From: a virus
Virus record (IMG/VR): IMGVR_UViG_3300009285_000003
Span: 1 to 64,000 of that record
Length of the DNA: 64,000 nucleotides
Strand: one strand, 5' to 3'
Below, one piece after another: positions 1 to 7,706 of the stretch. Under the pieces are notes generated by a model. The model was not told the DNA's origin. It saw only the letters and a list, made by a program, of their open reading frames with translations, and ran no database searches. A program made the position numbers and the translations under genes. Position 1 is the first letter of the stretch; the number at the start of each line of letters is the position of its first letter.

Positions 1-72
1 AACGCCACAGTTCCCACTGTTGTAAAAAATATACTTGTTGCTGGAGGTTACAACGTTACTGTTGTAAGCTAG
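1..72 (+). CDS. C-terminal end of an ORF entering the window (...NILVAGGYNVTVVS*), function unknown
   Basis: Frame 1 is open from base 1 to TAG 70-72. The next ATG follows 1 nt later. Confidence 0.4.
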   Translation, partial: NATVPTVVKNILVAGGYNVTVVS

Positions 73-73
73 T

Positions 74-256
74 ATGAATCTGGACCACAAATGCTTCAAG
101 GAAAGGTCTCCTAAAGTTAAAGGTATACTACTTAAGAATAAGGGTGTTCTAGTATTTACTGGAGATACTATCTGCACTAGTTGTGAAAGTGCTAATGAAG
201 TAGAAGTTTACATAGAACCAAGTTATTGTCCATATTGTGGAGAAAGATTGATCTAG
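74..256 (+). CDS. small zinc-ribbon protein
   Basis: ORF track, 60 aa. It has two Cys pairs (CTSC ... CPYC). Confidence 0.55.
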   Translation: MNLDHKCFKERSPKVKGILLKNKGVLVFTGDTICTSCESANEVEVYIEPSYCPYCGERLI

Positions 257-3200
257 TGACAAAGCCATTTCTCTCACTTGCAGTTATTGCCAGGAATGCA
301 GAAGAAACTATCTATGCCATGTTGGAATCTGCTTATAGATATGTGGATGAGATAGTCATTGTATGGGGAGGACAGAACACAGATAAAACAGAAGATGAAG
401 CATTAAGATGGGCAGATGACCATTCAGATTACACCTCTCTTATCTTTACCCAATTCAATGAGCATATCGGAGAAGATGGTGGACTGGAGCATTTCGGAGA
501 AGCTAGGAACTACTCTTTCTCTCTTACTTCTGGGGAATGGATTATGTTCCTCGATACTGACGACACCCTTGTAGGTGGAGACCACATTAAAGAACTGCTG
601 GAAACTACTGAAGATGTTGTAGATGCTTGGGTAGTCCCCTACGACTACGCCAGGGATGAATTTGACAACCGAGTCATCTACCAGGAAAAAGAGCGCATCT
701 TCCGACGCCGATCCTGGGAGGAGGGAGCCAGGTGGACCTACCGAGCCCATGAGGTGTATCGTTGGCAGTGGCCTAATCCAAGAAAACTCCAGTGTGGCAG
801 GTCCTCAAGTTTCTACGGAGAATCTCTGGTCGTTAAACACGACCCTAACCATAGAGACGACCGCTCTCCTAGAAACAGGCATCTTCTTCGTATGTCTATG
901 AAGGACCCAAATATTCTCTATGACTCCAGGACCTGGATGGAGTTCGGTCGGTACTACCTTTTGGGCAGAGAGCCTTTCCTGAAGAGAGCCCTTCCTTATT
1001 TCAAGAGAGCCTTAGAGTTCGACCTGAGTCCTGAGGACAGGTACTTTGTCCTTCACGGCATTGCCGATGTCTATAAGCATATAGGGCGATTCCGAGAAGC
1101 CAGGCGATTCTACTTGGAGTGCCTCTTCTTTCCTCACTGGAAAGACGCTTACCTCGGTCTGGCGGAGTGTGACCTGTCTCTACAGGCTCCACAAGCTACT
1201 CTCTACTGGTTAGAAATAGCTTCTCACCTGCAGCCTAGAGATTCTCGTATGGCCTATTCACCGTTGAAGTACGAGTATGATTACTACCGGCTTAAGGGAT
1301 TGGCCTACTTACAAATGGAGGACCTTGACAATGCCTACCCCAATCTCTCTAAAGCATCTGAAATTCTGCCAAGTCAAGATAAGCTAGCTGAGTTGCATCA
1401 GACTCTTATTGACATTAAGGTACAGCAGAATGTTAGGGAGATGATTGATGCTCTAATGACATTGGGGACGATCAAGTTCTCAGACTACCCGCCTTATGTG
1501 ATGGAACGTAGGTCGGTTAGAGATCATGTGAATCAACCCATACATGACAGTTTTGTTAAGGATGGAGTCAATACAATCATTTTCTGTGGGGCAGTAGCAG
1601 AGCCCTGGTCGCCCAACTCACTCAATCAGGGAGGGATAGGAGGTAGCGAAACTGCAGTCATATACCTTGCGCAAAAGCTCGCCAAGGACGGCAAGAAGGT
1701 GGTTGTTTACACTGACCCTCAAGTGGATGAGGGAATCTTCTGGAAGAACGCTGGCTTCTTTGACTACCGAAGATTCCGACCAGACATCAAGTGCAAAAAC
1801 TTCATCTCCTGGAGGCGAGCCCCTATGTTCGCCCCTGGACTTGATACCGAACAACGGATATTATGGAATCACGACATTAACTTAGGAGCGAGGACACAAG
1901 GACTTGAAGAAGCTGCTGAACAGTTTGACAGGATTGTTGGGGTTTCACCGTGGCACGAAGAGTACCTCAGGACTCTCTACCCGAGACTTGGAGAACATAT
2001 ATACAATGTTCCAAACGGCATTGATTTGGGCAGGTTTACGGGAGCGGTTGAAAGAGACCCCCACAAGTTCATCTATACCTCTTGCCCAAAGCGAGGACTC
2101 TACGAGTTGCTCGAAATGTGGCCATACATCAGACAGTACGAAGACGACAGACTCCATGTCTTCTACGGATTCCAGGGTGCTGAGTTCGGCGACAAGGGAC
2201 TCCCTCCTGAGGCTAGTGAATACACAGAAGCTATCCGACAACGACTACGAACTACTACAGGGGTGGTTGAAAGAGGACGAATTGGCCAGAAAGAACTTGC
2301 ACAAGAATTCCTTAGTGCCAACATGTGGCTGTATCCAACTTCATTCGCTGAGTCATGTTGTTGCGTTGGAAGTACCTTAGTAGATCTACCAAGAGACTAC
2401 CAAAAGTACCCCATGGGAATACCTATAGAAGAATTAGTGGGTAAGTCTAACTTTCCAGTGTGGTCTTATGACAACGCAACTGGGGTATTCAAACTCTGTA
2501 AAGTAGAGTGGGTTAGGAAAACTGGAGAAAATGTTCCTGTAATTAGAATTAACTTCAGAGGCCACGGTAGACCACTACGAGTTACTCCAGAACACCGTAT
2601 ACTAACCTACAATCGAGGATGGGTATCAGCAAAAGATCTAGTACCAGGAGAACGAATTGTTTCATTAGGTAAGAGACTTTCAGTTGAAGTTGGTACGGGA
2701 GAAGGCCCCTGGAAACAGGAGCATAGACTATTAGCCGAATGGAAGTTTGGAGGCATTCCACTAGGAGATCATGTAGATCATATTGATGGTAATGCGTTTA
2801 ATAACTCACCAGAAAACGTTCAGATTTTAGATCCTTCTACTCATGCCAAAAAAAGCCTTGGTAGTTATGGTGATAGACGACCAATCCACTCATCCAAATT
2901 AGTAACAAGAGCAGAGAACTTCAAAAACTGGCTCTACCAAAATCAAGAAGAGGTGAAATTACTTCGATCTAAAGCGGGGCACGCTTTGTGGGACAACATG
3001 ACTCTGGAGCAGCGAGAAAAGTTTAGTAGAATGCGCTCTAGGAAACGTAATACAAAAGAGCCTATATTTAGAGATTGTGTAACTTGTAAAATCAAATTCA
3101 GGATACCAGAATCTCGTATAGAAACTGCCAAGTACTGTTCTAAAGTGTGTAGGAACATTGGACATAGGAAAAGTGTTCAGCAGTCTAATCATGTTGTAGA

Positions 3201-3558
3201 ATCGATAGTTCCAGATGGTACTGAAGATGTCTACAATATGGAAGTGAATGGCTTGCATAACTTTGTTGCAGAAGGGGTAGTGATACACAATTGCATTGGT
3301 GCAATAGAGGCACAGGCAGCAGGGTGTCTACCAATTACTTCCCATCTTGGTGGTCTGATTTCGGTAGTATCCCCAGAGATAGTAACTATCCCAGGGTCGA
3401 ATACCTCTATGGAATACCAACAGAAATTCCTCTCGATGGTAGCTTACTACAGGGACCATCCGGAAGAAGCGGATATTCTAAGAAGCAAGTTGAAGACATT
3501 TGCTCGCAGATTCTCCTGGGGAGAAGCATACGCAAAGTGGAAGAGGATACTTAAGTAA
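226..3558 (+). CDS. multidomain glycosyltransferase (GT2-like N-domain, TPR-like middle, GT4/GT1-like C-domain) interrupted by an intein
   Basis: ORF track, 1110 aa. The N-terminus (LSLAVIARNAEETI...GEWIMFLDTDD) looks like a GT-A/GT2 fold with DxD. The C-terminus (GGIGGSETAVIYLA ... IGAIEAQAAGCLPI) looks like a GT-B/GT4 fold. The true start is probably GTG 256, overlapping the TAG of the previous gene. Confidence 0.85.
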   Translation: MSILWRKIDLVTKPFLSLAVIARNAEETIYAMLESAYRYVDEIVIVWGGQNTDKTEDEALRWADDHSDYTSLIFTQFNEHIGEDGGLEHFGEARNYSFSLTSGEWIMFLDTDDTLVGGDHIKELLETTEDVVDAWVVPYDYARDEFDNRVIYQEKERIFRRRSWEEGARWTYRAHEVYRWQWPNPRKLQCGRSSSFYGESLVVKHDPNHRDDRSPRNRHLLRMSMKDPNILYDSRTWMEFGRYYLLGREPFLKRALPYFKRALEFDLSPEDRYFVLHGIADVYKHIGRFREARRFYLECLFFPHWKDAYLGLAECDLSLQAPQATLYWLEIASHLQPRDSRMAYSPLKYEYDYYRLKGLAYLQMEDLDNAYPNLSKASEILPSQDKLAELHQTLIDIKVQQNVREMIDALMTLGTIKFSDYPPYVMERRSVRDHVNQPIHDSFVKDGVNTIIFCGAVAEPWSPNSLNQGGIGGSETAVIYLAQKLAKDGKKVVVYTDPQVDEGIFWKNAGFFDYRRFRPDIKCKNFISWRRAPMFAPGLDTEQRILWNHDINLGARTQGLEEAAEQFDRIVGVSPWHEEYLRTLYPRLGEHIYNVPNGIDLGRFTGAVERDPHKFIYTSCPKRGLYELLEMWPYIRQYEDDRLHVFYGFQGAEFGDKGLPPEASEYTEAIRQRLRTTTGVVERGRIGQKELAQEFLSANMWLYPTSFAESCCCVGSTLVDLPRDYQKYPMGIPIEELVGKSNFPVWSYDNATGVFKLCKVEWVRKTGENVPVIRINFRGHGRPLRVTPEHRILTYNRGWVSAKDLVPGERIVSLGKRLSVEVGTGEGPWKQEHRLLAEWKFGGIPLGDHVDHIDGNAFNNSPENVQILDPSTHAKKSLGSYGDRRPIHSSKLVTRAENFKNWLYQNQEEVKLLRSKAGHALWDNMTLEQREKFSRMRSRKRNTKEPIFRDCVTCKIKFRIPESRIETAKYCSKVCRNIGHRKSVQQSNHVVESIVPDGTEDVYNMEVNGLHNFVAEGVVIHNCIGAIEAQAAGCLPITSHLGGLISVVSPEIVTIPGSNTSMEYQQKFLSMVAYYRDHPEEADILRSKLKTFARRFSWGEAYAKWKRILK
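2359..3291 (+). mobile_element. intein with HNH-type homing endonuclease domain, inserted in the GT4 catalytic E-x7-EA motif
   Basis: N-terminal block C-CVGSTLV, block B VTPEHRIL, HNH motif HVDHIDGNAFNNSPENVQIL...H, and C-terminal block NFVAEGVVIHN followed by +1 Cys. Removing it restores ...SFAESC|CIGAIEAQAAG. The N boundary is uncertain by one codon (2359 or 2362). Confidence 0.8.
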
Positions 3559-3666
3559 ATGACTACAGAAAATATACTATTCTATGTTGTTGGCTGGGTA
3601 ATAGGCACAATAGTAGCTAATGTTACTTGTGTCTGGTGGTTGAGTAGAAAGGAAAGGTTTAAGTGA
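3559..3666 (+). CDS. small hydrophobic (membrane) peptide, 35 aa
   Basis: ATG directly follows the TAA of the GT gene. The sequence is MTTENILFYVVGWVIGTIVANVTCVWWLSRKERFK. Its stop overlaps the next GTG (GTGA). It is below the ORF-track length cutoff. Confidence 0.4.
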   Translation: MTTENILFYVVGWVIGTIVANVTCVWWLSRKERFK

Positions 3667-3758
3667 TTGATATTGGTGGGTGGATTTTCCTGTCTGTAGT
3701 TCTGGTTTGTGCTTTATTCCTGTTAGTACTCAACATCTGGGAGGCTACACATCAGTGA
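3663..3758 (+). CDS. small hydrophobic (membrane) peptide, 31 aa
   Basis: GTG start. The sequence is VIDIGGWIFLSVVLVCALFLLVLNIWEATHQ. GTGA overlaps occur at both ends. Confidence 0.35.
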   Translation: MIDIGGWIFLSVVLVCALFLLVLNIWEATHQ

Positions 3759-4762
3759 AGATTTTTGTTCTGTTGCCATTAGGTGGTAAAAGTCCTATTG
3801 TGAACAGTGCTGATCCCATAGAACACCATCTAGCTCATCTGATCGCTGGGTTAAAGTACCTGGGGCACAGAGTTAACTTTGGGGTGGTACCAGACAGGAA
3901 GATTTACGATGTAGCCCTAGCAGTAGAGTACAGCCCTTATCTAAAGCTAGTTCGGGCAGGTAAGTACTTCACTGATCTGTACTCTGCTTCTAGGGCTGTA
4001 CCAGAGAATGATGGTGTCTTCTTTCGCTCCTACTACCATCAATATCTTATCAGGAAACACTCCAATATAGAACTGGAGAAGTGCTTCATTGTTGGACAGG
4101 TGGTACGTGGAGTAGGGGAGCAAAAGAGGGATGCTGACCGTGGTACCTCTGATACCAATGCCCCCCCTATCTTTACCTGGCCTATTGATCCTACCTGGGG
4201 GCTGTATCACTTACTTCGTTTGTGGCCTCAGATCAAGGAGAGGATGCCCAGTACCCTTCTGTACATCCCTAATGACCCAAGGCCCATACTAACTTCGGTC
4301 AAATTGGATGCCAATATTAGAGGTATACAGGCAGCTTACTCCCTAAAGTGGCTGGAAAACTGGGAGTGTTCGGGCACTCCTACTAATTCAGTTTTTGCCT
4401 ACACCTACGATCCAATGGTCCCTCTAGATATGTTTGGAGTCTCAGTTGGTGAGGCTTTAGTACTGGGTAACAGAACAATAGTACCTGCTAATACCGCCCT
4501 AAGTGAAGTTTGGGGCAAGCGTGGCGCTTTAGTTCTACCCTCTCCTCCCCTTGACCTACCCAATAGCTTTGAGGATAATCTGTGGCTTTCCGCCATTGAA
4601 GACGTACTGGATAAACCGGCACCTGAACCTCAGGGTCTCGACGATTATAGCTGGTACAATGTAGTTAGTAGATACGTCCAGGCATTTGAGGGAAATGAAG
4701 TCGAATTTGGTAGGCCAGGAGTGACCCTTATTGGTAATGCCAGTTCCGCCACAACTACCTAG
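3755..4762 (+). CDS. GT4-like glycosyltransferase
   Basis: The ORF track gives 3680-4762. I prefer GTG 3755 (VKIFVLLPLGGKS, a typical GT-B N-terminus). The C-half reads ...MFGVSVGEALVLGNRTIVPANTALSEV. Confidence 0.6.
   Translation: MKIFVLLPLGGKSPIVNSADPIEHHLAHLIAGLKYLGHRVNFGVVPDRKIYDVALAVEYSPYLKLVRAGKYFTDLYSASRAVPENDGVFFRSYYHQYLIRKHSNIELEKCFIVGQVVRGVGEQKRDADRGTSDTNAPPIFTWPIDPTWGLYHLLRLWPQIKERMPSTLLYIPNDPRPILTSVKLDANIRGIQAAYSLKWLENWECSGTPTNSVFAYTYDPMVPLDMFGVSVGEALVLGNRTIVPANTALSEVWGKRGALVLPSPPLDLPNSFEDNLWLSAIEDVLDKPAPEPQGLDDYSWYNVVSRYVQAFEGNEVEFGRPGVTLIGNASSATTT
4117..4167 (-). repeat. dispersed element copy 1 (core GGTCAGCATCCCTC on the minus strand)
   Basis: The plus strand reads GAGGGATGCTGACC at 4126-4139. 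The copy is antisense to the GT4-like gene. Flanks match copies 2 and 5. Confidence 0.8.
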
Positions 4763-4890
4763 ACCTTCAGGTATTATCCTACCAAGTGAGGAAGAAGATC
4801 CTCATGTGGATATGTGGCGAGAATATCGATCAGACGACAGGACCTTCCAGGACGTGCTAAATGACTTAGTGCTGCCAGAGGAGGAAACTG

Positions 4891-5763
4891 TTGGCAACGA
4901 CCTCGTTTGAAACCCTTCTTTATGAAATAGCCACTGCGATCAATGACCTCATCCCTGGTCTGAGAGCTAATGACGTAGCTCTTTCTGGACAGTGTTCTAC
5001 TGCTGGTACAGTGAACTCGGCTATTGATACCAATAACCGCTTTGAAACTGCAGCTATGTTGAAGAACACAATCTTCCGAGTGCAAGACTCTACCTCGGAT
5101 ACTACTAATGGACAAGTCTCAGAGGTTAGCAGCTTTGACCCAGACTCACATATCATCTCCCTCAAGGCTGCCTTGAGTGCTGCTACGGATACTGCTACCA
5201 AGTACCAACTATTTCGCCACTTCCCTCCTACTGTCTATAAGAACGCCCTCAATGAAGCTATAGAGTGGGCCTGGCCAGCTATCTACAACCCCGTCCGTAA
5301 TGAATCCCTTACATTCACCCCTGGGACCTACTACCAGACTTTACCCACGTCTGTCTGGAGTGTCAGTAAGGTAGAAGTACAAGCCAACTTAGGTAACTCT
5401 ACTTATCCTTTTGAGGACATCACAGGAGACACAAAGGTGGACTGGGCTGGAGAGACAGGGAGGCTATATCACTATGGATACTACCCTGCAGGGGCGAGTT
5501 TCCGAATTACTGGAATTGGTAGGCTAACCTCAGTTTCTACTGATGCTAGCACTATTGAGGTATCAGCCAGTCGTGTTCTTCCTCTGAAGCTCTATGCCAT
5601 TCACTATATGTTTAGTCAGATGGGCAACCCTGGTATGGGAGTTAACTCTGCGGATGCTATGGCACAGGCTGATAAGTACCTTATGAAGGCCGAACGAGCC
5701 CTCGTAGCCAAGAAGATGACCTGGCCGCGTTCTGCGAGGATGCCCAGTACCCTCTACTTGTAA
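4891..5763 (+). CDS. hypothetical virion/tail-associated protein
   Basis: ORF track, 290 aa. TTG start preceded by GAGGAGGAA. It lies directly upstream of tail genes and its stop overlaps the next ATG (TAATG). Confidence 0.55.
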   Translation: MATTSFETLLYEIATAINDLIPGLRANDVALSGQCSTAGTVNSAIDTNNRFETAAMLKNTIFRVQDSTSDTTNGQVSEVSSFDPDSHIISLKAALSAATDTATKYQLFRHFPPTVYKNALNEAIEWAWPAIYNPVRNESLTFTPGTYYQTLPTSVWSVSKVEVQANLGNSTYPFEDITGDTKVDWAGETGRLYHYGYYPAGASFRITGIGRLTSVSTDASTIEVSASRVLPLKLYAIHYMFSQMGNPGMGVNSADAMAQADKYLMKAERALVAKKMTWPRSARMPSTLYL

Positions 5764-7706
5764 TGGCAATAGCAGTTGATTACATCACTATTGGCGGCTA
5801 CACCTTTAAGGTCCCAGAAAAGAACCTTCGTAAAGACGACATTACCTATCGGCCTCGTTCCGCAGCTATCTCCCGACAGGACCTGAACTTCTCAAGACCA
5901 GAGCCCTATGACGTACTGGAACAGCATGACTGGTCCGGGGGCGGTGGTAAGCAGCGGATGAACCTGGATGATCCAGAGGACGATCGTTACTTCACTGCTA
6001 AGAATATGGATATGTCTATTCCTGGGGTAGCCTTCCCCTCTCAAGCCCCAGTGGCCTTTAAGACAACTGCCGGAGCGGCCCTGGGCGCTTTGATAACTCA
6101 CTGGATTGTGTACAAGGGAAACCTCTTTGCCTTTGGTGGAACTACAGGATATTTCTGGGATACGACTGGTGGTACTCTGCCTAATGTTATGACTCTCACC
6201 GGCCCAACAGTTACAACACTAGCTTTTCCAGCAGCAGTGACTGATGTGGTTGTCTATGGTGGTACCCTCTTTGTAGCTATGGGAGAGTCCAATGCTTTTG
6301 TTTATACTACTGACTCTACACCTACGGCCTATACGGATTGGGTAGCAGCTACAGGAGCAGGAAACAACCTCTATGCCAAATACTGGACTGTTCTCAACAA
6401 TACCCTATACAAGGCCATCAACAAGACCGGATCATCTACCTTCTGCGGAATCCATAGCACTACAGATGTAGTTAACTCCTTTACCTGGAGTGCTACGGTC
6501 TCAGCAGGAGTGGGTAATAACAGCTACAACATCACCAACCTGATCTCCTATGAGGGCTCTCTCCTGGTCATGAAGGAGAACGGCATCTTCGAGATCGATA
6601 CCAACGGCACCCTCTACTCAGTGGCTGAGGAGCTTGATAGTTTCCCGGTATCCACCAACGGTGCAGTTTGTGTACAACATGGTGGCATAGTGTTCTTCAA
6701 GCTACGAGAGGGGCTTTCTGCTTGGGCAGGGTCCTCGATCCTGGGAGTATCCACCAGGACGGGTCTGCAACTGGTAGGTCCAGACTCCATATCAGATATG
6801 AACGCAGACGATGCGGGGACTCCTCTGTACGCCTGCTCTGCGCCTCCCTGGCTCTTTCTGACCAAGTTGGGCAAGGGGGGCAACTACTACGTGGTGAAGG
6901 CCCAGCCAGAAGGCAATGGACGAGGGTTCCACCCCTGGCTATTCAATAGCACCACTGCCTTGGGGGGCATCTTCTACTTTGCTCGTAGCACTGCTAACCC
7001 CCTACTTTGCTATGGTTCTGGCACTACTGGCAACTACGTCATTATGCCCAGGTACACCGATAACCCTCAGGATGACTCTAGCTGCACCTTCCAAGTAACT
7101 AGCTGCGAAGTGACTACCTGTCGCTTTCCCATGGGACCCCTAGCCTATGATAAGAAACAAGCAGCCTTTGAGGTGTGGGTGGGTAACTGCGACAGTGCAA
7201 CAAGAAAGATCAGTGTCTACTACGGACTGAATGGAGGAGCTACAACTACCTTCTTGGGTGATATAACCTCCAATGGCATTATTACTATTCCATTCCCTAC
7301 TGGAGCTAACACTGTAGAAGCCAGAGAAATACAGTATCGTTTAGTGCCTATTTCTAGCTCCGCTACTACTGTACCTCTAATCTACTCCTGGAAGCCTATC
7401 ACTAAGCTAAAGTACCCTGCACTCTGGCAGTGGTTGATCGATGTCCCGGCTAAACCGGATATTGACCCACAGCACAGAATTGGAGCCGTGTTGGACGTTG
7501 AGAAGGCCCTGGAGGCCCTTAGGGATGCCAATGAGGTCATCAAGTTCACTGACCACTATGGGCGCGAGTGGGATGTCACCTTCGAGCGGTTCTCCAAACA
7601 GGGAGATACCCAGCAAGCCGGAGGCCCACTCAAGCCCAATGAGCCTGCATCCTGGTTCCAGGTACAACTGGAGCAGTGGATAGGGACGAGTCCTGTAGAT
7701 GCGTAA
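5763..7706 (+). CDS. putative tail tubular/nozzle-like structural protein
   Basis: ORF track, 647 aa, translationally coupled on both sides. The N-terminal ...HDWSGGGGKQ resembles podovirus tail tubular B proteins. The assignment rests mainly on position. Confidence 0.5.
   Translation: MAIAVDYITIGGYTFKVPEKNLRKDDITYRPRSAAISRQDLNFSRPEPYDVLEQHDWSGGGGKQRMNLDDPEDDRYFTAKNMDMSIPGVAFPSQAPVAFKTTAGAALGALITHWIVYKGNLFAFGGTTGYFWDTTGGTLPNVMTLTGPTVTTLAFPAAVTDVVVYGGTLFVAMGESNAFVYTTDSTPTAYTDWVAATGAGNNLYAKYWTVLNNTLYKAINKTGSSTFCGIHSTTDVVNSFTWSATVSAGVGNNSYNITNLISYEGSLLVMKENGIFEIDTNGTLYSVAEELDSFPVSTNGAVCVQHGGIVFFKLREGLSAWAGSSILGVSTRTGLQLVGPDSISDMNADDAGTPLYACSAPPWLFLTKLGKGGNYYVVKAQPEGNGRGFHPWLFNSTTALGGIFYFARSTANPLLCYGSGTTGNYVIMPRYTDNPQDDSSCTFQVTSCEVTTCRFPMGPLAYDKKQAAFEVWVGNCDSATRKISVYYGLNGGATTTFLGDITSNGIITIPFPTGANTVEAREIQYRLVPISSSATTVPLIYSWKPITKLKYPALWQWLIDVPAKPDIDPQHRIGAVLDVEKALEALRDANEVIKFTDHYGREWDVTFERFSKQGDTQQAGGPLKPNEPASWFQVQLEQWIGTSPVDA

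Noticed and set aside
424-750. Many 60-220 aa ORFs in the track lie antisense or out of frame inside long genes. Examples are 424-750, 7845-8342, 43893-44402, 52553-53227, 58567-59100 and 60700-61257.
   Set aside because: They are fully nested in much longer ORFs with recognisable domains or coupled starts. They lack RBS context and have odd, low-complexity composition. I treat them as shadow ORFs.
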